Below are positions 1-13,624 of a stretch of DNA of 64,000 nt, one piece after another. The position numbers were made by a program, and so were the translations under genes. Each line of letters starts with the position of its first letter. Position 1 is the stretch's first letter. Below the pieces are notes generated by a model, which saw only the letters and a program-made list of their open reading frames with translations, made no database searches and was not told the origin of the DNA. Source of the stretch: Veleropilina oligotropha (lineage: Eukaryota); the NCBI GenBank assembly GCA_048128005.1, contig JBEUKZ010000094.1, positions 1 through 64,000 on the forward strand, read 5' to 3'.

Positions 1-199
1 CCACTGGGTTATTACATAATATCACATATTTTGGTCTTTGTATGAAATAGTCATATATAAATCTTGGTATTGGATACTAAAGTTTTGTTATACACGTGGC
101 TGATATATTTAAAATTAGGGTGGCCGATTACTGAATACAGAAAACGATAGATTTTCAGTTATCGGATATGGTGGCCGATCACTGTGATCCTCTGTCTGA

Positions 200-1500
200 C
201 ATCTGCTGGTCATGAGGTAAGAACCCAGAGTGGGTCAAATGGTGTTTCTTCAAGCTTTGTCATGGGGATGGTTGGCCACTGTTCTTCATGTCTTCCGGCT
301 CGCATATTTTCATTTGGAATAGACGAAATGGTGATATGTCTATAGCGTGATCATCAATGCATAGCACAATGGCAAAATCATCACGAAGCTGGACAAGAAC
401 GCATCGGACAGCATCGCGAGTCAGAGGTCCCAGGCCATCCCTCGTGAGCCAGATGATTCAGGGGTGGATCCAGGATTTTGAAAAGGGGAGGGGCCAACTT
501 TCATCAAATATAGTATCAATTGTTTGCTTGGGGGCGATAGAAAATTTTGACAATCAGCCTGAAACCTCTCCTGCACTCGAGGGCAAAAGCAATATTTCTT
601 ATCAACATTTATGAACCATTTTCACTAAAATATATGAGTAATTTTTTCATATTCATTTTAAAAAGGAGGGGTCGGACCCTCTGATACTCAGAAAATTTGA
701 CAATTAACGGTGTGAAACCTCCTCACATGCATTCTGGCAGTACGAACACGATATTTTCGTTTTCACTAAGACGTGTAAGTATTTCTTTCGTTTTTTGTCT
801 CATTCAAACATATGCATTTTTGATTGTCAAAAGGGGGGTGGTCCAGACCCCCTCAATGCGACAAGACTCGTCATCGTTATCGATTTCGCCAGCAGCGAAT
901 TTTTCGTAAGACTCATCGCTTATGTTTATAGGCACAATAACGACTTCATTCTCGATAAACCGCTTGGACACAGGTTGGGTGAGTCCCCTCCTGATATCCA
1001 TGACTCGGTCATAAGTCTTCGATATTCCCAATGCATGAAACGTGCTAATGGTGCCTTTCTGGCGATAATTTGCATGCAGTTTCAGCCCCGCATATAGATA
1101 AAGATCGCTCGATTGCATTGCAGCGATTGCTTCAATGTCTATTCGACAGCCGTGTGGTTTCGGTTACAGACTTCGAAAAATCACTGGCTTGATTCCGCTT
1201 ACGCGGAATGACGGTCACGCAGGTATGTTTCTCGTCCACTTTCTCTTCAATAGAACTCAAACCTTGTAGGATGAAGTCTACAAGAGTCAACAGAGGCTTC
1301 GCAACTGGCTCACTTAGACAGTTTGGGTTAAATAACGCTTTGAAAGAGATCTGTTGCAGAAGGGTGCACCTGCGCAACATGAGACCAGCTTTAAAGATTA
1401 TTTGCTTTTTCTTGAGTCACCTAAAGGTGAGTGGTCTGTGCAAACGCTGTGTCAACGGTCTTTTTGACAGATGTAATATGATGACCTTCTGAGTATTCAG
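200..1500 (-). pseudogene. Degraded large DNA-transposon-like coding remnant
   Basis: Fragment LYAGLKLHANYRQKGTISTFHALGISKTYDRVMDI...VSKRF..VIVP...AGEIDNDD resembles the large DN(I)D-motif transposase-like proteins common in marine invertebrates; broken by stops and insertions; repeated ggtggccgat(t/c)act motifs at ~119, ~170 and ~5579. Family not determined. Confidence 0.45.
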
Positions 1501-1530
1501 ACCAGGCAGGGTCTAAAGACTTCGGTGTTA

Positions 1531-3505
1531 AAACACACTGCTCTATATATATATGTGCGGGCCATTGATGATCAAACAGTAAACACACTGCTCTATATAT
1601 ATGTGCGGGCCATTGATGATCAAACAGTAAACACACTGCTCTATATATATGTGCGGGCCATTGATGATCTAACAGTAAACACACTGCTCTATATATATGT
1701 GCGGGCCATTGATGATCAAACAGTAAACACACTGCTCTATATATATGTGCGGGCCATTGATGATCAAACAGTAAACACACTGCTCTATATATATGTGCGG
1801 GCCATTGATGATCAAACAGTAAACACACTGCTCTATATATATGTGCGGGCCATTGATGATCAAACAGTAAACACACTGCTCTATATATATGTGCGGGCCA
1901 TTGATGATCAAACAGTAAACACACTGCTCTATATATATGTGCGGGCCATTGATGATCTAACAGTAAACACACTGCTCTATATATATGTGCGGGCCATTGA
2001 TGATCAAACAGTAAACACACTGCTCTATATATATGTGCGGGCCATTGATGATCAAACAGTAAACACACTGCTCTATATATATGTGCGGGCCATTGATGAT
2101 CTAACAGTAAACACACTGCTCTATATATATGTGCGGGCCATTGATGATCAAACAGTAAACACACTGCTCTATATATATGTGCGGGCCATTGATGATCAAA
2201 CAGTAAACACACTGCTCTATATATATGTGCGGGCCATTGATGATCAAACAGTAAACACACTGCTCTATATATATGTGCGGGCCATTGATGATCAAACAGT
2301 AAACACACTGCTCTATATATATGTGCGGGCCATTGATGATCAAACAGTAAACACACTGCTCTATATATATGTGCGGGCCATTGATGATCTAACAGTAAAC
2401 ACACTGCTCTATATATATGTGCGGGCCATTGATGATCAAACAGTAAACACACTGCTCTATATATATGTGCGGGCCATTGATGATCAAACAGTAAACACAC
2501 TGCTCTATATATATGTGCGGGCCATTGATGATCAAACAGTAAACACACTGCTCTATATATATGTGCGGGCCATTGATGATCAAACAGTAAACACACTGCT
2601 CTATATATATGTGCGGGCCATTGATGATCAAACAGTAAACACACTGCTCTATATATATGTGCGGGCCATTGATGATCAAACAGTAAACACACTGCTCTAT
2701 ATATATGTGCGGGCCATTGATGATCAAACAGTAAACACACTGCTCTATATATATGTGCGGGCCATTGATGATCAAACAGTAAACACACTGCTCTATATAT
2801 ATGTGCGGGCCATTGATGATCAAACAGTAAACACACTGCTCTATATATATGTGCGGGCCATTGATGATCAAACAGTAAACACACTGCTCTATATATATGT
2901 GCGGGCCATTGATGATCAAACAGTAAACACACTGCTCTATATATATGTGCGGGCCATTGATGATCAAACAGTAAACACACTGCTCTATATATATGTGCGG
3001 GCCATTGATGATCAAACAGTAAACACACTGCTCTATATATATGTGCGGGCCATTGATGATCAAACAGTAAACACACTGCTCTATATATATGTGCGGGCCA
3101 TTTATGATCAAACAGTAAACACACTGCTCTATATATATGTGCGGGCCATTGATGATCAAACAGTAAACACACTGCTCTATATATATGTGCGGGCCATTGA
3201 TGATCAAACAGTAAACACACTGCTCTATATATATGTGCGGGCCATTGATGATCTAACAGTAAACACACTGCTCTATATATATGTGCGGGCCATTGATGAT
3301 CAAACAGTAAACACACTGCTCTATATATATGTGCGGGCCATTGATGATCAAACAGTAAACACACTGCTCTATATATATGTGCGGGCCATTGATGATCAAA
3401 CAGTAAACACACTGCTCTATATATATGTGCGGGACATTGATGATCAAACAGTAAACACACTGCTCTATATATATGTGCGGGCCATTGATGATCAAACAGT
3501 AAACT
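1531..3505. repeat. 48-bp minisatellite, ~41 near-identical copies
   Basis: Unit aaacacactgctctatatatatgtgcgggccattgatgatc(a/t)aacagt. Confidence 0.97.
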
Positions 3506-4019
3506 AAACAAAGAATGTCAATAACTGAACCGAGAATTGCACACACGATACCCGAAACCACACGGTTACTGGGGCGGCCAGTACGGTTCGGAAGGAGAAC
3601 TGGATTCCACAGGCAGATTCTGACGTGTGATAGGTTGCCTACAATCATGAAAATCTGGATCCCATCGTTGTAGAACATTTTCATAAACACTCACTGGCTA
3701 TCAGAACCGTATACATGGACGACAATGCGAGTTACGAGGTACGTCAAGATACGAACGTACTCTTGTTGGTTATAGCAGTCGAACTACTGATTTCGGCACA
3801 TGTCCAAGCACATGTCGAGACCAGGGTGTGATAGAAATGAATTAAATGGTCTCGGAAAAATTGTGTTATGGAATCGATGAAGGAAAATGTTTTAAGAGAC
3901 GTTTAGATCATGATGATTAACAACTTGGATGAACAGTATCCAAATGCACACCGACCGCACTAGCGGATCCAGGGGGGCGTCCAGGGAGTCTGAACAGTAT
4001 CCAAATGCACACCGACCGC

Positions 4020-4849
4020 ACTAGCGGATCCAGGGGGGGGCGTCCAGGGAGTCTGAACCCCGCGTTTGAAAATCAAAAATGCATATGTTTGAGTGAGACA
4101 AAAAACGAAAGAAATACTAACACATTTTAGTGAAAAAGGTTCATAGATTTTGGTAAGAAATATCGTGTTTGTACTGTCAGAATGCATGTGAGGGAGTTTC
4201 ACACCGTTAATTGTTAAAATTTTCTGACAATCAGAGGGTCCGGCACCTCCTTTTGAAAATGGGAAATGCATGTGTTTCATTGCGAAAAACCCCGAAATAT
4301 TTACTCATACATTTTAATGAAAACGGTTCATAAATGTTTGTAAGAAATATCGCGTTTGCACTGGCAGAATGCAGCAGAAGTGGTTTCACATCGTTAATTA
4401 TAAAAAATTTCGCCGCGGGTCTAGGCGGTCCGCTCCCCTCTAGAAAAAAAAAATGCTTGTCTTTGATTGTGAAAAAACGAAAACTTTCTTTATATACATT
4501 TTAGTGAAAACAATTTAGTATCAAAGTGCAGGAGGGGATCGAGGTTCTCACAGTTTCTTGACTTTCCTGAGGATACAGGCGGTCTGGACCCCACGTTTGA
4601 AAGCACAAATGCATACATGTGTTAGATTGTGAAAAAAAGGAAAAAGTAGGCCTAACTCATACATTTTAGTGAAAATGGTTCATTGTTAAGAAATATCGCC
4701 TTTGCCCTGTCAGAGTGCAGGAGATGAGGTTTCAGGCTGATCATTGTAAAAAAAATTCTTTTGCGTGGGGCTCCGCCACCACGCGAACAGTTGATATTAT
4801 ATTTGATGAAAGTTGGTCCCCGCTTTTCAAAATCCTGGATCCGCCCCTG
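4020..4849 (-). mobile_element. Non-autonomous DNA element with GCGGATCCAG terminal inverted repeats (hAT-like); truncated inverted relative at 459-856
   Basis: Ends actagcggatccag / ctggatccgcccctg; internal diverged repeats; ~60-bp duplication of the left junction (3931-4050). Confidence 0.6.
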
Positions 4850-5926
4850 GACCGAAAATGATTTGCTTTACAAAACAAACTTCATCCGAAACCTAACATG
4901 TTAAATTTCACAAGTTTCGCCAAATGGGATCGCAATCATTAACGGAAGATATAAGGCCTACTCAGATCTGAATGTAAATCCACCTTATAATCCGAATGGC
5001 GCGATGGCTCTGTTTTCCGATGTAACGAGGTGATTATGATGGTCTTGCTAATGTCGTTGAGGATTTGGTTAAAAGTTTTTGAACTAGTAGGCCTATGTAC
5101 ATGCATACCAGCACCATACCTTTAGGTCACACAGGTTATGTTATATGATAGGCCTAAGACAAAAAGTTTAGAAAACTAATATAGGCTATTTTAATATTGC
5201 AAAATTATTTTTTAGGCTCAATCGATGATTTTGTCAAGGTTTTGACAGCATTGTGATGAAGAATTAATATAAATGTAAACTTTTCAACTGCATAAGTCTC
5301 ATATGTTACATTTTATAGGGTGAATGTGTCAGTTATCGGCCACTTAAGGCCTTCGATCATCACATTCAATTGCTAATATTTCAGGCGGTTAAAATAAAAC
5401 AACCACATGGTGCCCATCAAAATGTTCATCTTCAATTGCCTTGCGCTTAGATATCAATTTAATGTAGAAAAGGAAGGTTGCAATTATGTAATGTACGTTC
5501 AAGTGAACGATGTCATATATTTCAGTGTTCGGCCGCCTAGATTCTAATGTCGGATATTTTAATGTCAGTTATCAGCATGGTGGCCGATTACTAAATGTTA
5601 TAAGGCTTTAATCGGCAGGTTAATGTAGCATTACAACGCTGAAGCACCTAAACGTAGATGTTTTAATATGCAATTAACATAAAGTGGGTTACATTTTATT
5701 TATTTGTATACATATATAGCATGTTAACAATATATTCAAGCGCCTATCCTACGGATGTCATGTAGTAGTATAGGTCTAAGTCCCCACTTCCCCTGGTGGT
5801 GACTGGCTATACATCTTTCCACATATTACACAAAGACAGTTATTTCTTTTAACTGACATGGGTTCTGCCTCTCTTTATTTCCTGAATAATGTTTCTTCCA
5901 TTGCTCTTGTGTAACGACCATTGGTA

Positions 5927-6153
5927 CACTGATAAAAATATGTAGTGAATTTCACTATTTAGGTACCGACTGAATGTACAGACCATATTCACTACTTTAT
6001 GTAGTAAGATTCACTCTTTAAGGTAGTGAAATTAACTACTTATGAGTTAATGTCACCTCCTTAAATTGTGAATTTACTACCTAAAGTAGTGAATATGGGC
6101 TGTCCATGCAGTCACTACCTAAGTAGTGAAGTTCACTACTTATTTTTTCAGTG
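5927..6153. mobile_element. MITE with CACTG termini and TA target duplication (CACTA/EnSpm-like)
   Basis: TA|CACTGATAAAAATA...TATTTTTTCAGTG|TA; long imperfect palindrome built from gtagtgaa/ttcactac motifs. Confidence 0.75.
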
Positions 6154-6299
6154 TAGTCTTTGACTAAGTATTTGATAGTCCTGAAACTGCAGGCGATAGC
6201 CTAAATAGGCCCTACGTTCAATCTGACATTGGTATACTGGTAATAATTGTGATTTATTTGAAAGTTCCGACATGGCAACATCGTGTGAACAATTCGAAG

Positions 6300-6856
6300 C
6301 TCATCGGCATGTGCACTGGGCCGGGGTCATTGGCAGGTGTGCTGGGCCGGGGTCATCGGCTGGTGTGCTGGGCCGGGGTCATCGGCAGGTGTGCTGGGCC
6401 GGGGTCATCGGCAGGTGCGCTGGGCTGGGGTCATCGGCAGGTGTGCTGGGCCGGGGTCATCGGCAGGTGCACTGGGCCGGGGTCATCGGCAGGTGTGCTG
6501 GGCCGGGGTCATCGGCAGGTGCGCTGGGCCGGGGTCATCGGCAGGTGTGCTGGGCCAGGGTCATCGGCAGGTGCACTGGGCTGGGGTCATCGGCAGGTGC
6601 ACTGGGCCGGGGCCATTGGCAGGTGCGCTGGGCCGGGGTCATCGGCAGGTGTGCTGGGCCGGGGTCATCGGCAGGTGCGCTGGGCCGGGGTCATCGGCAG
6701 GTGCGCTGGGCCGGGGTCATCGGCAGGTGCGCTGGGCCGGGGTCATCGGCAGGTGCGCTGGGCCGGGGTCATCGGCAGGTGTGCTGGGCTGGGGTCATCG
6801 GCAGGTGCGCTGGGCCGGGGCACTGGGCCGGGGTCATCGGCAGGTGCGCTGGGCTG
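6300..6856. repeat. GC-rich 26-bp minisatellite, ~21 copies
   Basis: Unit gtcatcggcaggtg(t/c)gctgggccggg. Confidence 0.95.
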
Positions 6857-8339
6857 GTGGAGGTTTTTCAGATGGCCTACACTAATTGCTTAAGGCGGCT
6901 TGGATAACGATGACAACAAATCATGGATGTCTGTTGAGATTATGTTGTTCACATATATATGATGCAAACTATATAGTTTCATAAGCAGTCATTATTGTAA
7001 TTTATTATGTCATCAATTCATATACTGTTTCCCTTCGTTGCTTCTCCGCGTATGATGTGGGTAGCACCTGTCATATAAAATATTGGCCATTAGCCCTTTC
7101 ATTAATCACATATATAGAGGATATCGAATGAGTGTCCATTCCATATGAGAATTATGAAACGAGTCGGGCACAATTTATGTACCGAGCCTTGGCGAGATAC
7201 ATAAATTTGCTGACGAGTTTCATAATTCTCATATGAAATGGATAAAAGTTTGATATCTTCTTTATCACGACTTTATTTACTTTTAAACTTATTTTATTAC
7301 GTTTTTAAACTCATTTCTTTACGTTTTTAAACTGATTTTTGCCAGTACTTTCAGCGATAAAATGCCATGCCCCAGACGCATCACGCCTCGAAAGCATGCG
7401 CCACGCCAGTACGCCAATAAAAAATAGTTAAACGTCAGTAATCGACGCGTCAACGCGTATGAATTATTCATTATGTTAATGGGGTGATTCGCCGCCTAAT
7501 CAACTTGGCGCCAGATGCGATAATCGGCCGTCATGCTCGCCCTCATTTGCATACTTATGAGACGTGTCTTTTCGTATAGAAATTTTTGAAACGGCTTCTA
7601 CCGTTCCATAACAGGTTTGTCATGTGATAAACTTGTATAATGTTCCGAACATAATATGAACATCTGCAATGACTGGTGTTGATATGATTTAGTATTGTAG
7701 TGAATTGATGTTTAACGACCACGCCGACACTATTTGGTATATGATTTAGTACTTTCACTTTCCTTAGATGAATTGAGTTGAATGGTTAGCAGCTATTTTC
7801 TGGATTTCAACTATATTTTCATAATTTACCTCAGGTAATAAAACTTTGATTACTGTTTGAATTTGATCGATGCTAAATTGCTTAATGCCGTGTATATTTA
7901 AAACCAGGATACGTCAATACTATCGCTGGAGGAAAGACCTGATGCCCGGGAAAAACCACATCTCCTGCCTGTTACAACTTTGATTGGTAACTGACCAACG
8001 AGTGCCATTGCTCGAACATTCGATCGCATTCCTGTTAGGCAGAGCAGTCAATCAGTTGATTTCAGAGTCGGCATTCGAGACAACATGGTTACCGAAGCGA
8101 CGGAGTACCCCATCTATGAGAAGGCATCGTCAATGCCCGTGCAGAAACATTCAATGCTAATGTAGTGAAGAAAACGATAGAGTTTGTTAATCCAGACTAT
8201 AGAAGTTCTAGCATGCCAGAGAGTACACGGAGATGGATTTCCTGTCATACTTGCAAAGTCAGATGGCGAAGATGCAGTTTGAGACATGTATACATAGAGG
8301 CAAGTTTCAAGGCCGAGTTTCAAGTCAAGTTTCAAGTTC

Positions 8340-8991
8340 AACCAATCACGGACAACTGTGACTCATAATTTGAACAAATGTGTGCTGCCTCAGCCGGGGT
8401 CGAACCCACCACTGTTCGCGTCAGCTGAATCAAGTCAGTGATTTTCGGAATCCACAACCGTATCACTGTCCTGTCGAAGGAATCCACAACCGTATCACTG
8501 TCCTGTCGAAGGAATCCACAACCGTAACCACTGTACTGTCGAAGGAATCCACAACCGATACCACTGTACTGTCGGAATCCACAACCGATACCACTGTACT
8601 GTCGGAATCCACAACCGATACCACTGTACTGTCGGAATCCACAACCGATACCACTGTACTGTCGGAATCCACAACCGATACCACTGTACTGTCGGAATCC
8701 ACAACCGATACCACTGTACTGTCGGAATCCACAACCGATACCACTGTACTGTCGAAGGAATCCACAACCGTAACCACTGTACTGTCGAAGGAATCCACAA
8801 CCGTAACCACTGTACTGTCGAAGGAATCCACAACCGTACCACTGTACTGTCGAAGGAATCCACAACCGTAACCACTGTATTGTCGAAGGAATCCACAACC
8901 GTACCACTGTACTGTCGAAGGAATGCACAACCGTACCACTGTACTGTCGAAGGAATCCACAACCGTACCACTGTACTGTCGAAGCGGCCTC
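8340..8991 (-). mobile_element. tRNA-derived SINE with its A-box region tandemly amplified (30-33 bp units, 8447-8983)
   Basis: Minus strand: GGCCGCTTCGACAGTACAGTGGT head repeated, then a GGTTCGACCCC B-box and a body matching copies at 12300-12502 and 42870-43014. Confidence 0.75.
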
Positions 8992-9212
8992 ATTAGTAAT
9001 AAACTTCATAGAGCAAAGCTGATACCCTGTTCGCAGTACCACCTCTTCACAACAAAGGCTGACCTTGTTCTTAGTGACACAGCAACCGACTTAACAGGCT
9101 ATTCTAAGTCCTAGCTATACTAAGAAAGAAAGTGACCCTTCTCATGATCATCTGTTAAATATATCTTGTAAATATGGATTAATCATGTGTTATAGTCTTA
9201 TGTGTTTATTGT

Positions 9213-10528
9213 TTCTATGGTCATATAGGCCGTCCCGTTATGGAGTGCCTAGTCTGAGATCACTTGGCATTGCGCTTCTATGGTCATATAGGCCGTCCCG
9301 TTATGGAGTGCCTAGTCTGAGATCACTTGGCATTGCGCTTCTATGGTCATATAGGCCGTCCCGTTATGGAGTGCCTAGTCTGAAATCACTTGGCATTGCG
9401 CTTCTATGGTCATATAGGCCGTCCCGTTATGGAGTGCCTAGTCTGAGATCACTTGGCATTGCGCTTCTATGGTCATATAGGCCGTCCCGTTATGGAGTGC
9501 CTAGTCTGAGATCACTTGGCATTGCGCTTCTATGGTCATATAGGCCGTCCCGTTATGGAGTGCCTAGTCTGAGATCACTTGGCATTGCGCTTCTATGGTC
9601 ATATAGGCCGTCCCGTTATGGAGTGCCTAGTCTGAGATCACTTGGCATTGCGCTTCTATGGTCATATAGGCCGTCCCGTTATGGAGTGCCTAGTCTGAGA
9701 TCACTTGGCATTGCGCTTCTATGGTCATATAGGCCGTCCCGTTATGGAGTGCCTAGTCTGAGATCACTTGGCATTGCGCTTCTATGGTCATATAGGCCGT
9801 CCCGTTATGGAGTGCCTAGTCTGAGATCACTTGGCATTGCGCTTCTATGGTCATATAGGCCGTCCCGTTATGGAGTGCCTAGTCTGAAATCACTTGGCAT
9901 TGCGCTTCTATGGTCATATAGGCCGTCCCGTTATGGAGTGCCTAGTCTGAGATCACTTGGCATTGCGCTTCTATGGTCATATAGGCCGTCCCGTTATGGA
10001 GTGCCTAGTCTGAGATCACTTGGCATTGCGCTTCTATGGTCATATAGGCCGTCCCGTTATGGAGTGCCTAGTCTGAATCACTTGGCATTGCGCTTCTATG
10101 GTCATATAGGCCGTCCCGTTATGGAGTGCCTAGTCTGAGATCACTTGGCATTGCGCTTCTATGGTCATATAGGCCGTCCCGTTATGGAGTGCCTAGTCTG
10201 AATCACTTGGCATTGCGCTTCTATGGTCATATAGGCCGTCCCGTTATGGAGTGCCTAGTCTGAGATCACTTGGCATTGCGCTTCTATGGTCATATAGGCC
10301 GTCCCGTTATGGAGTGCCTAGTCTGAATCACTTGGCATTGCGCTTCTATGGTCATATAGGCCGTCCCGTTATGGAGTGCCTAGTCTGAATCACTTGGCAT
10401 TGCGCTTCTATGGTCATATAGGCCGTCCCGTTATGGAGTGCCTAGTCTGAATCACTTGGCATTGCGCTTCTATGGTCATATAGGCCGTCCCATTATGGAG
10501 TGCCTAGTCTGAATCACTTGGCATTGCC
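9213..10528 (+). repeat. 63/62-bp minisatellite (~21 copies) containing the SINE 5' head
   Basis: Unit ctatggtcatataggccgtcccgttatggagtgcctagtctga(g)atcacttggcattgcgctt; runs directly into a SINE body. Confidence 0.95.
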
Positions 10529-10715
10529 TGATGGTGCTAACTAACAGGAATGGGTTCGAGTCTCAGCGGGGGCACTAACATTCTTTGTTCAGTTATCAAT
10601 CACAGTAAATGGTCGGAGGGCGGGTTTACTCGGACGACCATGCTTATCTCCCGCGATAATATGGACATGACATGATGGTTGTAAATATACAGGATACTAA
10701 GCATCAATCCATCCA
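10529..10715 (+). mobile_element. tRNA-derived SINE body
   Basis: actaacaggaatGGGTTCGAGTCTC B-box, cattctttgttcagtta core, ggatactaagcatcaatccatcc tail. Confidence 0.75.
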
Positions 10716-11071
10716 TATATGGTCATATTCAGACATCCATATTATCATGCGAGGCAAATCGGGATTATCTGGCATAACTTCACAGAAGCCATATTCTTAT
10801 CTAATCAGCTTCCTAACCATATACCGGTAAATGCAAATCACATTAGAATTATGTTTAATTGATGTTAATTTGTTACAATTAGCGCCTAATATGGACATAT
10901 CCATTTTATCGAGGAAAGAAAGATTGATTGAGATGAAACCCATTCACAGTGAAAACAAAATGTCATCATTACTTACGAATGATGAAAATTACTGTATTGT
11001 GTACCGTACACCATTTTCACATAAAAATGCTTCAGATGATTATGCATATAAATAACCAGTTGAAGGTGAGG

Positions 11072-11200
11072 CTTAATGGTGTCTCCTTAATGGTGTCTTC
11101 TTAATGGTGTCTCCTTAATGGTGTCTCCTTAATGGTGTCTTCTTAATGGTGTCTCCTTAATGGTGTCTTCTTAATGGTGTCTCCTTAATGGTGTCTTCTT
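11072..11200. repeat. 14-bp minisatellite
   Basis: (ttaatggtgtct(c/t)c)n, ~9 copies. Confidence 0.9.
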
Positions 11201-12024
11201 CAAGGATCAGTAACGAATATTTAAGCCATTCCTTCCATTAGTTTTAAGCTTTAGAATTAGAAACTCCAGAGCGGGAGTCGAACCCACATCCCACTTAACT
11301 TTTTTTCAAAATCGACTAGTTCAGTTATTAGTGATAGTTAGCAAGTTGAAGAGTTATCATTTTATTGGTTGCAAACATATATACTTTATGAATTATGATA
11401 TAGATAAATGATATCACTAACATAATTCATTACATTGTCATATATTAGTTTGGAACATATTATCCAATGCTGACAATTAATTTATATAATATATACAGAT
11501 AATAATATATATCTTCCATAAAATATTTACTTAACAGACAAACAATATAAAATTTATTATGCATATATATGCCATAACACTTATACCAGTAATATCAACA
11601 TTTTGTGATACTGTACAATTGTAAGGAGTAAACGACAGATAATGCATAATATGTATTTATATAATGATAAAAGTAATTGTTACAAACATAATTTTTGGAT
11701 TGCCAACAATGAGTAAGATTACCATTTCAAAATTGTATAAGATTTCTTACCTTATTTAAATTTTAGGATATTTACCAGTCATATCAGATCTGATATTAAA
11801 TATATGATAAATTGCCAAATGCTATGTTCAGAAGAATATGAATCAAGATATTTAACTACAATTGGGGCATTGTTCAAATATTAGTACCTAGTACATATGA
11901 ATATTAGTACATAGTACATATGAATATGACCATAATAAACATTTTATCAGCTTCTTGTATAAGTTACCATTAAGTTACAGCAGTAATGTATCATAACCAG
12001 CGATCCCTTGTTATTGGCTTCAAA

Positions 12025-12502
12025 GGATGGATAGATGGATTGATGCTTAATGTCATGTATATTTACAGCCATGAGGATCAAGGCAGCATATGTTCATAGC
12101 CGGGGAAACCCATATAACTGAACAAAGAATGTTAATGCCCCAGCCAAGATTCAAACACACTCCTGTTATTTAGCGCAATTGAGTCAGTGATTTCAGAGTC
12201 TGCACTCGATATCACACGACTACCGGAGTGGCTCAAGGCATAAAAAGAACACGGAAAGGAAAGGATCGATGCATAATATCCTATATATTTCTAGCCATTA
12301 GGTTCAAAGCAGGACATGTCCATATTATCGCCCGGGGAAACTCATCCACTCCGACCAGTTATGGACAACTGTGATTCATATCTTGAACAAATAATGTCAT
12401 GCCCTAACCAAGGTTCGAACCCACTACTGTTAGTGTCAGCAGAATGAAGCCAGCGATTTTTCAAAGTCCACAACTAAAACCACATGACTGTTGGTGCGGC
12501 CT
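12025..12502 (-). mobile_element. Two adjacent tRNA-SINE copies
   Basis: Each has a tail (gatgcttaatgtc / gatgcataatatcc), a core (aactgaacaaagaatg-like), a B-box complement (ttcaaacacac / ttcgaacccac) and a head. Confidence 0.7.
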
Positions 12503-12580
12503 TAAAGGAACAAGGAGCGGTCAAGGAACAAGGAGCGGTCAAGGAACAAGGAGCGGTCAAGGAACAAGGAGCGGTCAAGC
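12503..12580. repeat. 18-bp minisatellite abutting a SINE head
   Basis: (aaggaacaaggagcggtc) x4. Confidence 0.9.
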
Positions 12581-12852
12581 AACATGGCATAATGGCAGCA
12601 TCATTAATTATGCGATATGTTAGTTGGCTGGGGAATTTGATGCTAAAATAACTAGAAAAATTATGTTCCCGGAACATGGGTATGCCCTATGGAGCTCTCT
12701 TTGTGCATAATTTCCTTGAAAAAGAAAACGTAAATAGAGGTTATACCACGAGGTTTGGTTGTCTAATCGGAATACCCTGCAGTTAAACCACAAGGCGCTT
12801 AAGCATAGATGTTTAAATGCGTGGGGTTGTCCAATTAGACAACAAAAACCAA

Positions 12853-13624
12853 TGTTGTGTTCACAGTGAATGCGCGTTCAACCAGATTTCCGAATCCCGC
12901 TCCCCGGAATTTGGTTTCGCTATATCGGTTTCAGATCGGTACGTTCGCACTACACTGTAGAGCGGTTTGTTTCACAACAAGTCAGGTCCCACTCAACGAG
13001 CGATAAGACTGGTTCCTGTCATTGCCGCTGTTGCACGCATAACTAACTAATGAGAGAGGTGAAGGTCATTCATTCCAAGATGAATGTGCCCATGAATATG
13101 ATGGACGAGCAACATCATGAATTCCTAGCAATTATTGCCATGAGAATTCAGAAGCTCAGCCACACGACTGCATGTATACAGCATGGTTTCGGTGGCATCC
13201 CTGAAGCTACCCTTCCGCATCTTCGTCCCGCCAAATCTGTAGCAGAAGTAGCAGGAGTAGCAGTATCAGGAGTAGCTGCTCCTGCCTGGACCACACCTTG
13301 CCTCTGTTATTGACCATAATATTCAATCAGATAGAAGAAATCAAGACAACATCAGACATACACAGCAGCGCGTGTTCCCCATTCAATAAACGGAAGTGAA
13401 GCGTGCAGCTGGTTCAGCGCATGCGCGGGAATTTTATTGTGGAATGAGCGTTCAGACTCGCTATTCCGTTGCGCGATAGCCAGTGCGCTTTCGTTGTTGC
13501 GAGTTGAACGCAACAAGAACCGATCTCGTTAAAGCGGTATGAGATCGGTTTTAACCGCGATGAATGTGGGATAAGGCTTTATTGAGGGTTCGGTGCGCTT
13601 TAAAAGCCTAGTGTGAACATGGCA
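12853..13624. mobile_element. Non-autonomous PIF/Harbinger-like element
   Basis: Imperfect TIRs tgttgtgttcacagt / agtgtgaacatggca; 3-bp TSD CAA (12850-12852, 13625-13627); interrupts a palindromic older element. Confidence 0.6.

Noticed and set aside
1421..3511. 696-aa and 660-aa repetitive ORFs on opposite strands
   Set aside because: Read-through of a 48-bp (multiple of 3) minisatellite; copies show no synonymous-site variation pattern and there is no gene context.
6249..10138. ORFs in the 26-, 30-33- and 63-bp arrays (also those at 19-24 kb, 32.7-33.9 kb and 37.7-38.7 kb)
   Set aside because: Overlapping multi-frame ORFs fully explained by tandem repeats.
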